DNA of 64,000 bases from an uncultured Candidatus Saccharibacteria bacterium (GCA_964559915.1 CAZLJP010000001.1:1044-65043); one strand, 5' to 3'; shown: positions 7,947 through 16,718, counted from the stretch's first letter. Translations and numbers: made by a program. The notes: generated from the letters alone by a model not told the origin.

Positions 7947-9446
7947 ATGCTTATGGTTCTTGCGATTTTGGGAGCAACACTACTATTAGAGCAATGTATG
8001 TACGCACGTTCATTATGGCGTTTTAGGTTGGCTTTCGTAGCGCTGCTGACTCTAACCATATCACTCACAAGCTCACAAGTGCTCATCAGCCATCCAAATT
8101 GGCTTGGAATACTGGCAGTTGCTTTGTCTATTGCCAGGTTGCTCAATCTCTTTAGGATTGCCCAGGCTCGCATGCATACCGATTACCTCAGGCTAGCTAC
8201 TCGTTATAGTAGCCGTGTCTTGGTTGTGGCACAGACGTTGGCGCTGCTGGCCCTGGCTGGGCTTATCCCTGTACATCTGCATATCGCTAATTTGCCGCTA
8301 CTCACTGCTGTTTTACAAGCCGTTGTAGCAATAGCAGTGTTAGCTGTTACGATTCGCGACATCTATAAGACCAGGTATCTGCAAGGTACTACATTCTATG
8401 CTGACCGAGAATTACCAACCGTGTCTTTGTTGATACCGGCTCGCAACGAAACATATGATTTAGAAGAGTGCTTGCGCAGCGCACTGGCTAGTGATTACCC
8501 CAAGCTTGAAATCATTGTATTGGATGATTGTAGCCAGGCTAGGACATCCGAAGTCATCAAAGGCTTTGCCCACGACGGAGTACGCTTTGTTCAGGGCGAG
8601 CCGCCTGCAGACCGTTGGCTGGCCAAGAATCAGGCGTATCAAAAGCTTTCTGACGAGGCTAGTGGTGAGCTGTTACTATTTTGTGGCGTGGATGTACGGT
8701 TTGGCCCACATGCTATTAAGGCATTGGTCACGGAGCTACTACGCCGTGATAAACAAATGGTCAGTATCCTGCCACATCGCCTGAGCGGCAGTGCTGCCGG
8801 AGCATTTATCCAACCAATGCGCTATTGGTGGGAACTGGCCTTGCCACGCAAGCTCGTTAACCGTCCAGCTGTACTCAGCACCTGCTGGTTAATCCGTCGC
8901 AAGACACTTCATAAACTAGGTGATTTCAAGGCCGTGAGTCATTCTATTATTCCAGAAGGCTTCTTTGCCCGTGAGTTGGTAAAAACCAATGATTACAGCT
9001 TTATTCGTGCCAACGACACACTGGATATCCAAACGCGCAAATCATATAAAGAACAACGTGCTACCGCTATTCGTACACGCTATCCACAGCTGCGCCGTAG
9101 ACCTGAGAATGTGTTTGTTGTAACAGTACTAGAATTATTGTTCTTATTTGGGCCGTTTGTCGGCTTGGTATTTGGCCTTTTAACGGATGACATGGCTGTT
9201 GTCGTAGCCAGTCTTACTGCCTCTTTACTATTGGTCATCAATCACATTATTATCGTGCAGCTGACCAGCCCAGCCAATGTTATTATTGCCGTATTTAATC
9301 TGCCTATAGAGGTCTTGACAGAGGTGGTAATAGCGCTTGTATCAATGGTACGCTACGAATTTGGCACCGTGGAATGGAAAGACCGAAACGTCTGCATCCC
9401 GGTCATGCATGTGATTCCAAGACTTCCCGATTTGCCAAAACAATAA
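7947..9446 (+). CDS. membrane-embedded family 2 glycosyltransferase
   Basis: N- and C-terminal TM bundles flank a GT2 core: SLLIPARNETYDLEECL, LEIIVLDDCS, FCGVDVRF. Confidence 0.8.
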   Translation: MLMVLAILGATLLLEQCMYARSLWRFRLAFVALLTLTISLTSSQVLISHPNWLGILAVALSIARLLNLFRIAQARMHTDYLRLATRYSSRVLVVAQTLALLALAGLIPVHLHIANLPLLTAVLQAVVAIAVLAVTIRDIYKTRYLQGTTFYADRELPTVSLLIPARNETYDLEECLRSALASDYPKLEIIVLDDCSQARTSEVIKGFAHDGVRFVQGEPPADRWLAKNQAYQKLSDEASGELLLFCGVDVRFGPHAIKALVTELLRRDKQMVSILPHRLSGSAAGAFIQPMRYWWELALPRKLVNRPAVLSTCWLIRRKTLHKLGDFKAVSHSIIPEGFFARELVKTNDYSFIRANDTLDIQTRKSYKEQRATAIRTRYPQLRRRPENVFVVTVLELLFLFGPFVGLVFGLLTDDMAVVVASLTASLLLVINHIIIVQLTSPANVIIAVFNLPIEVLTEVVIALVSMVRYEFGTVEWKDRNVCIPVMHVIPRLPDLPKQ

Positions 9447-9463
9447 GATATGTTCTATTATTC

Positions 9464-9964
9464 ATGTCTATGAATATGGATGAGAGCTACATCACAAGTA
9501 AGGTAACTACTTCACACGAATATTTTTTAAATGTACCTAGTAATGGTGTTGATGAACGAGTCCCTTTAGGCTCCAGGACAGATAGCCTAACGGTATACCC
9601 TGATAGTGCAGAAGATCTGCCGTTGACAGGCAACCAGTTAGAACAAGCCCTCGGTACGCTTGCAGATAGCTACCTTGAGAGTCAGCTTGCTAGCAGAAGG
9701 TTTGTTGCTTTAAGACGCGGGGTTTCGGCTGCAGCGATTGCAGCAGCGGGAGTGACAACATACGAAGGTGTTTCAAATGACAGTGCAGGTATCTTTATTA
9801 CAGGGGCTGGACTGGGCATTGCCGGGCTAGCATTTGCAATTCGTGGAGAGAGAACAATAGATACAGAAAAGCGTGTCAGGAGTCACGAATCAGGGCTCTA
9901 TAGAAAGCAAGTTTTAGCTCTAACTAGTCTTATAGCACAGAAAAAAACACAAAATCAGCTTTAA
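9464..9964 (+). CDS. hypothetical membrane protein
   Basis: First ATG downstream of the GT2 stop. Two Gly/Ala-rich TM segments (VSAAAIAAAGVTT, IFITGAGLGIAGLAFAI). Its stop abuts the stop of the convergent kinase gene (TAATTA). Confidence 0.45.
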   Translation: MSMNMDESYITSKVTTSHEYFLNVPSNGVDERVPLGSRTDSLTVYPDSAEDLPLTGNQLEQALGTLADSYLESQLASRRFVALRRGVSAAAIAAAGVTTYEGVSNDSAGIFITGAGLGIAGLAFAIRGERTIDTEKRVRSHESGLYRKQVLALTSLIAQKKTQNQL

Positions 9965-11071
9965 TTAGCTCAGGTTCGGAATAAAGATAGAGAACGTGGA
10001 GCCTTTGTTGAGTTCGCTGTTGAGCTCTATTTCGGCATGAATGAGACGTGTGAGCTTCATAGTGACATATAGTCCCAGACCAGTACCAGTGTTCTGGCGG
10101 GTTCGGTAATCTTCGCTTCTCCAGAACTTATCAAAGACCCGTTCTTGATCAGCCTTGCTCAGCCCAATACCCGTATCAGTAATCGTAAATAACACGCCAC
10201 CTTCACGATGCGTAGCGCCAATAGAGACATGGCCTTCCTCTGTATATTTGATGGCGTTAGTTATAAAGTTCTGCAGTATCTCACGTACATAGAGACGGGC
10301 AGATTTGAGCAGTTCTAAGTGTGGGTCGGTTTCTGTCAGTAGCTGTAGCCCCTTTGCCTCGGCATCAGGCGCATAGAGCTTGCCCAGCTCGTCTATAAGC
10401 TCATGAGCGTTGATATCCTCAACATCCACGGCTAACTTGCCACGCTCGGCCCTAGACAGTGTAGACAAATCATTAATCATGCCGCTGAGGAAGTTTACTT
10501 GATTATGTGCCTGGCCAAGTGCTTCTTTGATGTGTGTCGTATCACCGCTCTTCTCTAAGATGAATTCTGCATTGCCAATATTACCCTCGGCAATAGCAAT
10601 CGGTGTGCGCAGCTCGTGGCTGACCACACTAATAAACTCGTCTCGCTCTTCTTCTAGCGACTTTTCATGAGTGATGTCACGCAGCAACACCACATAACCA
10701 TGCATCCCCTCGTGGCCGTAACTCAGCTTAACTGGAGCAATACTCAGATAAAGGTTTACAAGACTACCATCAGGATACTGCAGGCGCCAATCGCGAGAAG
10801 TCATTTGTGTTTTGGTGGCCAGAATCTCGTTCTTGAGCTGTATTGGCTGATTATTCTTATCTACTAGTTTGACCACATTGGCGATTGGTTTGCCCGTTAC
10901 TGTGCTGTTGAGGTCCAAGATATTCAGTGCGGCACCGTTGTACAACACGATATGAGTTTTTTCATCTATAGCAATCACACCATCAGCCATGCTGTTGATG
11001 AGACTATTTAGACGCTCACGTTCAACGTCGGCGTTATGGGCATCGGTTACAGATGGTTTTTTAGTCGGCAT
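9965..11071 (-). CDS. cytoplasmic PAS-domain sensor histidine kinase
   Basis: H-box SHELRTPI, N-box NAIKYT, G-boxes DTGIGL and GTGLGL. No TM segment. No response regulator in the window. Confidence 0.85.
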   Translation of the reverse strand: MPTKKPSVTDAHNADVERERLNSLINSMADGVIAIDEKTHIVLYNGAALNILDLNSTVTGKPIANVVKLVDKNNQPIQLKNEILATKTQMTSRDWRLQYPDGSLVNLYLSIAPVKLSYGHEGMHGYVVLLRDITHEKSLEEERDEFISVVSHELRTPIAIAEGNIGNAEFILEKSGDTTHIKEALGQAHNQVNFLSGMINDLSTLSRAERGKLAVDVEDINAHELIDELGKLYAPDAEAKGLQLLTETDPHLELLKSARLYVREILQNFITNAIKYTEEGHVSIGATHREGGVLFTITDTGIGLSKADQERVFDKFWRSEDYRTRQNTGTGLGLYVTMKLTRLIHAEIELNSELNKGSTFSIFIPNLS

Positions 11072-11166
11072 TACGTACCATTATGCCATAAGCACCATTA
11101 AAGGGGTAAGGGTTTAGGGTTGAGGTAGAAAGAGCTCACTCAACCCTGCACCTTCTACCCTCACCC

Positions 11167-11859
11167 CTAGAGTGTTGGTTTATATTCCTTGATTAACTTT
11201 CTGTGTCGTTTTACGTCGTGTAGGCACCGTTCCATTTCTGTCCAGAAGGGCGCGCCGTGTGCCATAACGCGGGTATGGGCCAATTCGTGCAAAATAACGT
11301 AATCTATCAGGTCCCAGGGTAATTGCATCAGGAAACAGTTCAGAACTATGTCTTTGTGTTGACTACAGCTGCCCCAACGGCCCTTGAGCTGCTTAATAGC
11401 AACGGAGTTGTATGTGTAATCATATTGAGCTGCGAGTGTTTTTAGCCTGCTGGGCAGCAGCTGTGTGGCTTCTTTCTTGAGCGCTCTGATGGATGCCTTT
11501 TGAGCAGCTTGTTGAGCTTTGTCAGAAGTGTAATGTATGCCAGCAGGCAACAATACTACCACTTGGTTGCCCCGTAGCCTTGTAGAGACAGTATTATTTG
11601 TCGTGGATTCAAAATGCAGGTGATGAGCCTTGCCCACCACGTGCCCCTCAGCCAAGAAAGTACTTTCTGGTTGCTGAGCCTTTATCCACTCTAGCCGTTG
11701 CATCAAAAAATCCATACCGACTTTATATGGTGCCCACAGGGGGATGGTCACACGTACAGCTCCATTATGAGCAATGCTCAGTCGCACATTGCGCGCTCCC
11801 CGGCGCTTATACAGCTTTACCACGCCGATATCTTCGACTTCTACTTCTTTGACTGCCAT
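11167..11859 (-). CDS. YgjP/DUF45-like (M48-type) metal-dependent hydrolase
   Basis: GRWGSCSQHKDIVLN...YVILHELAHTRVMAHGAPFW contains the HExxH motif typical of this family. Confidence 0.7.
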   Translation of the reverse strand: MAVKEVEVEDIGVVKLYKRRGARNVRLSIAHNGAVRVTIPLWAPYKVGMDFLMQRLEWIKAQQPESTFLAEGHVVGKAHHLHFESTTNNTVSTRLRGNQVVVLLPAGIHYTSDKAQQAAQKASIRALKKEATQLLPSRLKTLAAQYDYTYNSVAIKQLKGRWGSCSQHKDIVLNCFLMQLPWDLIDYVILHELAHTRVMAHGAPFWTEMERCLHDVKRHRKLIKEYKPTL

Positions 11860-11878
11860 GTGTGCCTGTATCCGTTAA

Positions 11879-12541
11879 CTATCGAATTGATATGTTACGG
11901 CGGTTGTTATCTACTCTACCTGCGAGCGGGTTTGGGATAAGATTTACGAGACCTGGTTTGATAACTTTGTTGCCGGCATTGTCCGTAGATACAAGACCGC
12001 TATCGTACAGGCGCTTGATAATTGAGTTACGCTGCGTGTTGTAGTTGTGCTTGCCGCTGATAACTACGTATTCTTCATTAGGTTGAGGGTTCTGCATGCG
12101 GCCAGCAAAGGCTTCGAAAGTGCTCCTATCAATAGGTGGAGTGTATTTGTCGTCCGCCTTGCGACGGTCACGCTTGGCTACGCGTGCAAAAGCTGTTTCT
12201 GCATCAATCTGAAGCCAGATTAACAAAGTATCAGCCTTTTGTTTGCGGGCAAGCTCGCGTAGTTCTTTGCGTTCTGCTACGCGCAGGGCGTTCATATCGA
12301 ATACGACGCTGATGCCAGCATTCAGAAACTCTTCCGTCATGTATTCCATGAGGTGCTCGACAATCTGGTTTTCTTGCTTGTCATAGCGTGGTTGTTCAAA
12401 CAGCTCGTAGCGGATGCGGTCGCCGTGCACATGCGCTGCGTTGAGGTCTTCGCATAGCTGCCTGCCCAAGAAGGTCTTACCTGCGCCGGGGTAGCCATAC
12501 ATCAGAATTAGAGTTGGTCTCGTTAGGCTAAGTTTACTCAT
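11879..12541 (-). CDS. P-loop ATPase/kinase (AAA_33/zeta-toxin-like fold)
   Basis: Walker A MYGYPGAGKTFLGRQL close to the N-terminus. The rest is not diagnostic. Confidence 0.55.
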   Translation of the reverse strand: MSKLSLTRPTLILMYGYPGAGKTFLGRQLCEDLNAAHVHGDRIRYELFEQPRYDKQENQIVEHLMEYMTEEFLNAGISVVFDMNALRVAERKELRELARKQKADTLLIWLQIDAETAFARVAKRDRRKADDKYTPPIDRSTFEAFAGRMQNPQPNEEYVVISGKHNYNTQRNSIIKRLYDSGLVSTDNAGNKVIKPGLVNLIPNPLAGRVDNNRRNISIR

Positions 12542-12581
12542 TTGATACCTATTGTATAACAGATTACACGTATTTCACAAA

Positions 12582-12610
12582 GTGACAAACCGCCCCATAT
12601 AAGGTAAAAT
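12582..12610 (+). promoter_or_regulatory. candidate promoter GTGACA-17-TAAAAT for tRNA-Trp
   Basis: Hexamers at 12582-12587 and 12605-12610. The tRNA starts 26 nt downstream. Confidence 0.4.
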
Positions 12611-12635
12611 TCTCCTTCGTACACTATCTATACCA

Positions 12636-12710
12636 AGGGGTGTAGTACAACGGTTAGTATGCGGGTCTCCAAAACCTGTGATCACAGTTCGATTCTGTGC
12701 ACCCCTGCCA
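12636..12710 (+). tRNA. tRNA-Trp (anticodon CCA), CCA encoded
   Basis: Acceptor AGGGGTG/CACCCCT, anticodon loop CTCCAAA, T-loop TTCGATT. A hairpin plus T-run follows. Confidence 0.9.
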
Positions 12711-12820
12711 ATAAAAGTAAGTCTGCCCTAGGTAGGCTTATTTTTATTGCTGGGCTTTGCCGGCAGGAGCTTGCTCCGAGAAAGACCGAACATTATATCT
12801 AGATATAATGTAGTGTTGAT

Positions 12821-13249
12821 TTAGTCTTTGCGCTTCTGGAATCGTCCAGATTTTACCAAAATTTCACAGTATGCTTTCTCGTCACCATAGGCGGCGAACT
12901 TTTCTTGGTATGCGAAAACAGGGTTTGTAGGCTGATTATAGTGTTTTACGCCACACCAGTAGTACTCAGTACGGTGGCCAATTTCCGACACATATGCAAA
13001 AAGGCCATTCATATAACTACAGTAGGCACAGTTCATCCGATCAAAGTAGCTTAAATAGGCTAGCTTCTCTCTATCAAAAACCACGAAGTCACGAATGCGT
13101 ACCCGTTCAATGTCATATAAACGAAAGGTAACTGCTTGGTATAGGAATATGCCTGCGTGCAAGATTAGCCCTGGGATTACCATGGCCCAGATAAATGGCG
13201 TCGACAGCGTGTGGCGAATAAACTTAGGGTTCTCTAAAGCAGCTTTCAT
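12821..13249 (-). CDS. hypothetical membrane protein (142 aa)
   Basis: N-terminal TM segments, then Cys/aromatic-rich MNCAYCSYMNGLFAYVSEIGHRTEYYWCGVKHY. No family recognised. Confidence 0.5.
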   Translation of the reverse strand: MKAALENPKFIRHTLSTPFIWAMVIPGLILHAGIFLYQAVTFRLYDIERVRIRDFVVFDREKLAYLSYFDRMNCAYCSYMNGLFAYVSEIGHRTEYYWCGVKHYNQPTNPVFAYQEKFAAYGDEKAYCEILVKSGRFQKRKD

Positions 13250-13292
13250 GCAGTCTCTCCTCTACTTGATTGTCGATACGTTATTTACTATT

Positions 13293-13319
13293 AAAAATCC
13301 CCGGGTGTCCGGGGATTTT
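13293..13319. terminator. bidirectional terminator after rpmG
   Basis: ATCCCCGG (13297-13304) / CCGGGGAT (13309-13316), loop gtgt, with flanking A- and T-runs. Confidence 0.75.
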
Positions 13320-13320
13320 G

Positions 13321-13527
13321 TTAGCGCTTCTTGGCTTTGACTTCGTTTCGCCCAAGGTTTTTCTTGGTCTCAACAAACAGCACGTGTTTGCGCAGGATTG
13401 GGTCATATTTGCGCAGTTCCAGCTTGTCTGGAGTGTTCATGGTGTTCTTCTTGGTGTAGTAGGCACGTACGCCACTTTCCTCAGAAACCAAACCTACAAG
13501 CTTGCGTTTATCGCCTTTTTTAGCCAT
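13321..13527 (-). CDS. rpmG: 50S ribosomal protein L33 (non-zinc form)
   Basis: KLELRKYDPILRKHVLFVETKK matches the L33 C-terminal signature. There are no CxxC pairs. Confidence 0.85.
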   Translation of the reverse strand: MAKKGDKRKLVGLVSEESGVRAYYTKKNTMNTPDKLELRKYDPILRKHVLFVETKKNLGRNEVKAKKR

Positions 13528-13592
13528 TGTTCCTTACCTTTTATAAAGTTTATCCAAATAATCTTAACAGATTACGGAGTTCATTTCAATAC

Positions 13593-13667
<75 letters not shown>

Positions 13668-13738
13668 ACTTTGTTTGCTCTAGCTCAGTGGTAGAGCCGT
13701 GCAGTTTTTACTTCTACTCGGCTGCGCCTTCGGACAGG

Positions 13739-13755
13739 CACTGAGCTATCGCGGC
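13739..13755 (-). repeat. 17-nt duplicate of the 5' end of tRNA-Thr(GGU)
   Basis: cactgagctatcgcggc occurs at 13651-13667 (inside the tRNA) and again at 13739-13755. An inverted copy of the D-arm (tagctcagtggtagagc, 13681-13697) lies between them. Confidence 0.8.
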
Positions 13756-13801
13756 CTATTAGACCGATAGATTGTAGCAAATAACAGGGGTTATGCCAAG
13801 C

Positions 13802-15007
13802 CTATTTGTAATACCTGGCGAGCCACTCGTCGCGCAAACGATGGAAACTACCATTGCCTATGGATACACGAATATCATCTACGAGTTTAATAATAAAGTG
13901 CTCGTTATGTATAGATAACAGTGTCCCTGCTAGGCTTTCCTTAACCCTGAGCAAATGATGAATATACGCACAGGTGTAGTTTTGGCAGGTATAGCACTGG
14001 CAGCCTTCCACAACAGGCTGGAAGTGTTGGCGGTACTTGGAGGCAGTTATATTGACTCGGCCATCGTAGGTATACGCTGAGCCGTTACGAGCCACTCGGG
14101 TGGGCGACACGCAATCAAAAGTATCAATACCCTGTTCTATGGCTGCGAAGATGTCATCCGGCTCACTTATGCCCAGAAGGTGCCTTGGCTTACCTTCGGG
14201 TAGTATGGTATTGGTCCACTGGAGGATTTCTGCCATTTGGCTTTTTTCTAATGCTCCACCGATGCCGTAGCCGTCAAAGTCTCTGCCTGCCATAAATTGG
14301 GCTGCTTCTTTGCGTAAATCCTCGTAGTTGGCGCCTTGGAGCACGCCAAATAGCGCCTGATACGGCCTGTCTGGGTACAGTTTCCTGAGTCGTTTTACCT
14401 CGGCTAGTGATTGCTCCGCCCAGCGATGCGTTCGTGCCAGTGACTCAACCTGGTATTCGTAGGGGTCTAGTAACGAGGTTAGTTCATCAAATGCAAAGGT
14501 GATGTCTGCGCCAATTGCATGCTGTATCTGCATTGATGATTCTGGCGTAAAGCGATGCATGTCGCCGTTGATATGTGACTTGAAATTAACTCCTTCGTCA
14601 TCTACCCAAGCATTGCGCGAACTTTTCTTGGCCACAGCATCGGCCTTTTCAATATGCGTGTCCATAGCTAGCACCTTTTTGAAACCACTGCCCAGCGAAA
14701 GTACCTGGAACCCGCCACTATCTGTGAATGTTGGTCCGTCCCAGTGCATGAACTTACCGAGTCCACCCGCCGCTTCAACAAGCTTGTGACCAGGCTGCAA
14801 GTACAGATGATAGGCGTTGCCTAGCACAGCCTGAGCATTCACCTCTTTGACCTGTTCGGGCACCATGGCTCGCACCACCGCCTTAGTGCCCACCACTATA
14901 AATGCAGGTGTCTGTATGTCACCATGTGGCGTATGAATTACACCGGTACGTGCCAAAGTACCTTCCAAACGCTGGTCAATAGTAAATAAAAAGGGTTTCT
15001 TGCTCAT
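13802..15007 (-). CDS. tgt: tRNA-guanine transglycosylase (queuine tRNA-ribosyltransferase)
   Basis: FTDSGGFQV, GIGGALEK, and Zn site CQCYTCQNYTCAYIHHL. ATG at 15007 (the track starts at GTG 15013). Confidence 0.92.
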   Translation of the reverse strand: MSKKPFLFTIDQRLEGTLARTGVIHTPHGDIQTPAFIVVGTKAVVRAMVPEQVKEVNAQAVLGNAYHLYLQPGHKLVEAAGGLGKFMHWDGPTFTDSGGFQVLSLGSGFKKVLAMDTHIEKADAVAKKSSRNAWVDDEGVNFKSHINGDMHRFTPESSMQIQHAIGADITFAFDELTSLLDPYEYQVESLARTHRWAEQSLAEVKRLRKLYPDRPYQALFGVLQGANYEDLRKEAAQFMAGRDFDGYGIGGALEKSQMAEILQWTNTILPEGKPRHLLGISEPDDIFAAIEQGIDTFDCVSPTRVARNGSAYTYDGRVNITASKYRQHFQPVVEGCQCYTCQNYTCAYIHHLLRVKESLAGTLLSIHNEHFIIKLVDDIRVSIGNGSFHRLRDEWLARYYK

Positions 15008-15108
15008 AATCACGATAAATCAGAACGTATTATAGCCTATCTGGGGTCAATATATTGCTCGAAGAGGCACTTTTTGGTACACTCAATCGGTACTTTAAAA
15101 GAGTAAAT

Positions 15109-15185
15109 GCCACCTTAGCTCAGCTGGTTAGAGCATCTGTTTTGTAAACAGAGGGTCGTCGGTTCGAATCCGACAGGTGGCTCCA
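15109..15185 (+). tRNA. tRNA-Thr (anticodon UGU), CCA encoded
   Basis: GCCACCT...AGGTGGC acceptor, anticodon loop TTTGTAA, T-loop TTCGAAT. Confidence 0.9.
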
Positions 15186-15278
15186 TGGTTTTAGTGTCAT
15201 CTTTTGCGAGAACACTAAAACTCCCCTGGGCTGTAGTTCAGGGAGGTGTTACAGCCACTATGGAGTGGTGGCTGTTCT

Positions 15279-15363
15279 GCAGGGTTACTCAAGCGGTCAA
15301 CGAGGGCAGACTGTAAATCTGCTGGCTACGCCTTCGTAGGTTCGAATCCTACACCCTGCACCA
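15279..15363 (+). tRNA. tRNA-Tyr (anticodon GUA), long variable arm, CCA encoded
   Basis: GCAGGGT...ACCCTGC acceptor, anticodon loop CTGTAAA, variable arm TGGCTACGCCTTC. Confidence 0.9.
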
Positions 15364-15400
15364 AAAGAAATGTCCCCTATTTGGGGATTTTTCTTTTGGT
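15364..15400 (+). terminator. intrinsic terminator after the tRNA-Thr/Tyr pair
   Basis: AGAAA-tg-TCCCC / GGGGA-ttt-TTTCT hairpin ending in a T-run. Confidence 0.6.
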
Positions 15401-15495
15401 CTATAGTTTAGATGAGAACCGTTCTACGAAGCAGAGGTTCGGTCGACCAAGCCGCCCACAGAAGTTTACTTCGAGGACAGCTGCAGTCGTGCGTT

Positions 15496-15509
15496 ATCCT
15501 ACACCCTGC
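15496..15509 (+). repeat. 14-nt direct repeat of the tRNA-Tyr 3' end (att-like)
   Basis: atcctacaccctgc occurs at 15346-15359 (tRNA T-arm/acceptor) and again exactly 150 bp downstream. 18 of 20 positions match when extended. Confidence 0.8.
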
Positions 15510-15530
15510 TCTAATATCGGATTAATGCTG

Positions 15531-16718
15531 CTAGCGCTTACCAAGAGTAGGGAGTCCAGCAAGAATAGCAGGTCCACTATTCGAAGAAACCACTTCAGCA
15601 ATCGCAATTGATTCTTGGGTCAGCGACTCTTGGACTGCCTCTGCTGACATCCTATTAATTTTTCTGGTTGTGGCCACTATTGAAGGACCCAGCGTGTCAT
15701 TTGAACGACGGACATATACTCCGTATTCAATCTGTGAGTATATCTTAGGCTTACCTGTCGACTTGAGTTCTGCAATAAAGCGCAATCTATTAATCGTTTC
15801 TGCATATATCTCGTCTTTGAAATCACTGGTGTAATTCTCGGTAAGCCAGTCATCAGTGACTGGTAACTTCATGACACTAAGGTTCGTGACGGTACCATTA
15901 AATTTGTTCACTAATGACTCCGCAACCTTTTTTATTTCATGCTTTTTCCAATATCTTGTAGGAGCAGCCGTTCCTGAGGTGCCAATAATATTATTAACAT
16001 CAGCATTTCTCAATACATTATGGCTAAGTTTTGCTACAAGTTCATATACTACGGGTGCGATGTCATCTTTGCGAATCGGGGATTCAAGTACAGTAACAGG
16101 CTCAAGATCATCAGCTTCAAATATACTTTGCAATAAGGATTCGTCTACCGTCTCGCGAAATGGACCCACCATAATTTTTAAAAGATTGTTGTTTCGTATG
16201 ACTCTAGCCTTAGCATTTTTTGCTGCTTCTCGTTGCCTGTACATTTGTCTTCGTCTTGTGTTTTCCTGCTCAAGAACCAATTGTGGCTTACGCTTCATAT
16301 TCTCTAAATCATCAGAGGACATATTCGTTAATTCTTCATGATTGCCAATACGTAGTAGTTTTTCAATAAGCGAGAGCTTTTTGCGGCTATCTACAAGCTC
16401 TAGCTCGTGCACAGAAGAAGCAATCTCATAGCGGCCTAATCCTTTAAATTTGGGTTTATCTATACCAAGGTATTCAGCTAGTACTACGCCACTCGCATAA
16501 TTTGCCCTCTTGTCAAAGTAACCTACAAGACGACTTTCTGAGACTGTTGAAGAATGGTGATAACGGGTACTTTCGGCATACTCCACCTCCACTAAAGGGG
16601 CATAATCACGGGCTATACACGCTAATTTTCCAAGTACTCTGAACTCATTCTCTGCACAGGCCATGTCGTAGGCTAGAGATACATCGGTAATTTCTGGTTC
16701 ACTTGGAACAAAATCCAT
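15531..16718 (-). CDS. hypothetical protein (395 aa), AT-rich orphan
   Basis: Long uninterrupted ORF with a central charged coiled-coil-like stretch (QENTRRRQMYRQREAAKNAKARV). No motif recognised and no SD. Visibly more AT-rich than its neighbours. Confidence 0.55.
   Translation of the reverse strand: MDFVPSEPEITDVSLAYDMACAENEFRVLGKLACIARDYAPLVEVEYAESTRYHHSSTVSESRLVGYFDKRANYASGVVLAEYLGIDKPKFKGLGRYEIASSVHELELVDSRKKLSLIEKLLRIGNHEELTNMSSDDLENMKRKPQLVLEQENTRRRQMYRQREAAKNAKARVIRNNNLLKIMVGPFRETVDESLLQSIFEADDLEPVTVLESPIRKDDIAPVVYELVAKLSHNVLRNADVNNIIGTSGTAAPTRYWKKHEIKKVAESLVNKFNGTVTNLSVMKLPVTDDWLTENYTSDFKDEIYAETINRLRFIAELKSTGKPKIYSQIEYGVYVRRSNDTLGPSIVATTRKINRMSAEAVQESLTQESIAIAEVVSSNSGPAILAGLPTLGKR

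Noticed and set aside
7793-8173. 126-aa minus-strand ORF spanning the secE/GT2 divergent region.
   Set aside because: It overlaps the secE 5' end and runs antisense to the glycosyltransferase start. It has no signals, and its composition is not protein-like.
13677-13697. Plus-strand sequence GCTCTAGCTCAGTGGTAGAGC, which looks like the start of a tRNA gene.
   Set aside because: No anticodon arm, T-arm or acceptor 3' half follows. I treated it as a fragment (see the finding on scrambled tRNA-Thr fragments).
15397-15453. Possible miniature tRNA-like element (TTGGTC...GACCAA termini, GGTTCGGTC resembling a T-loop) between the two 14-nt repeats.
   Set aside because: It is only about 55 nt. It has no credible D-arm, anticodon stem or complementary T-stem, so it cannot be folded into a cloverleaf.
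15246-15611. 121-aa plus-strand ORF across tRNA-Tyr.
   Set aside because: It is translated straight through a tRNA gene and its terminator, so it is an artefact of ORF calling.
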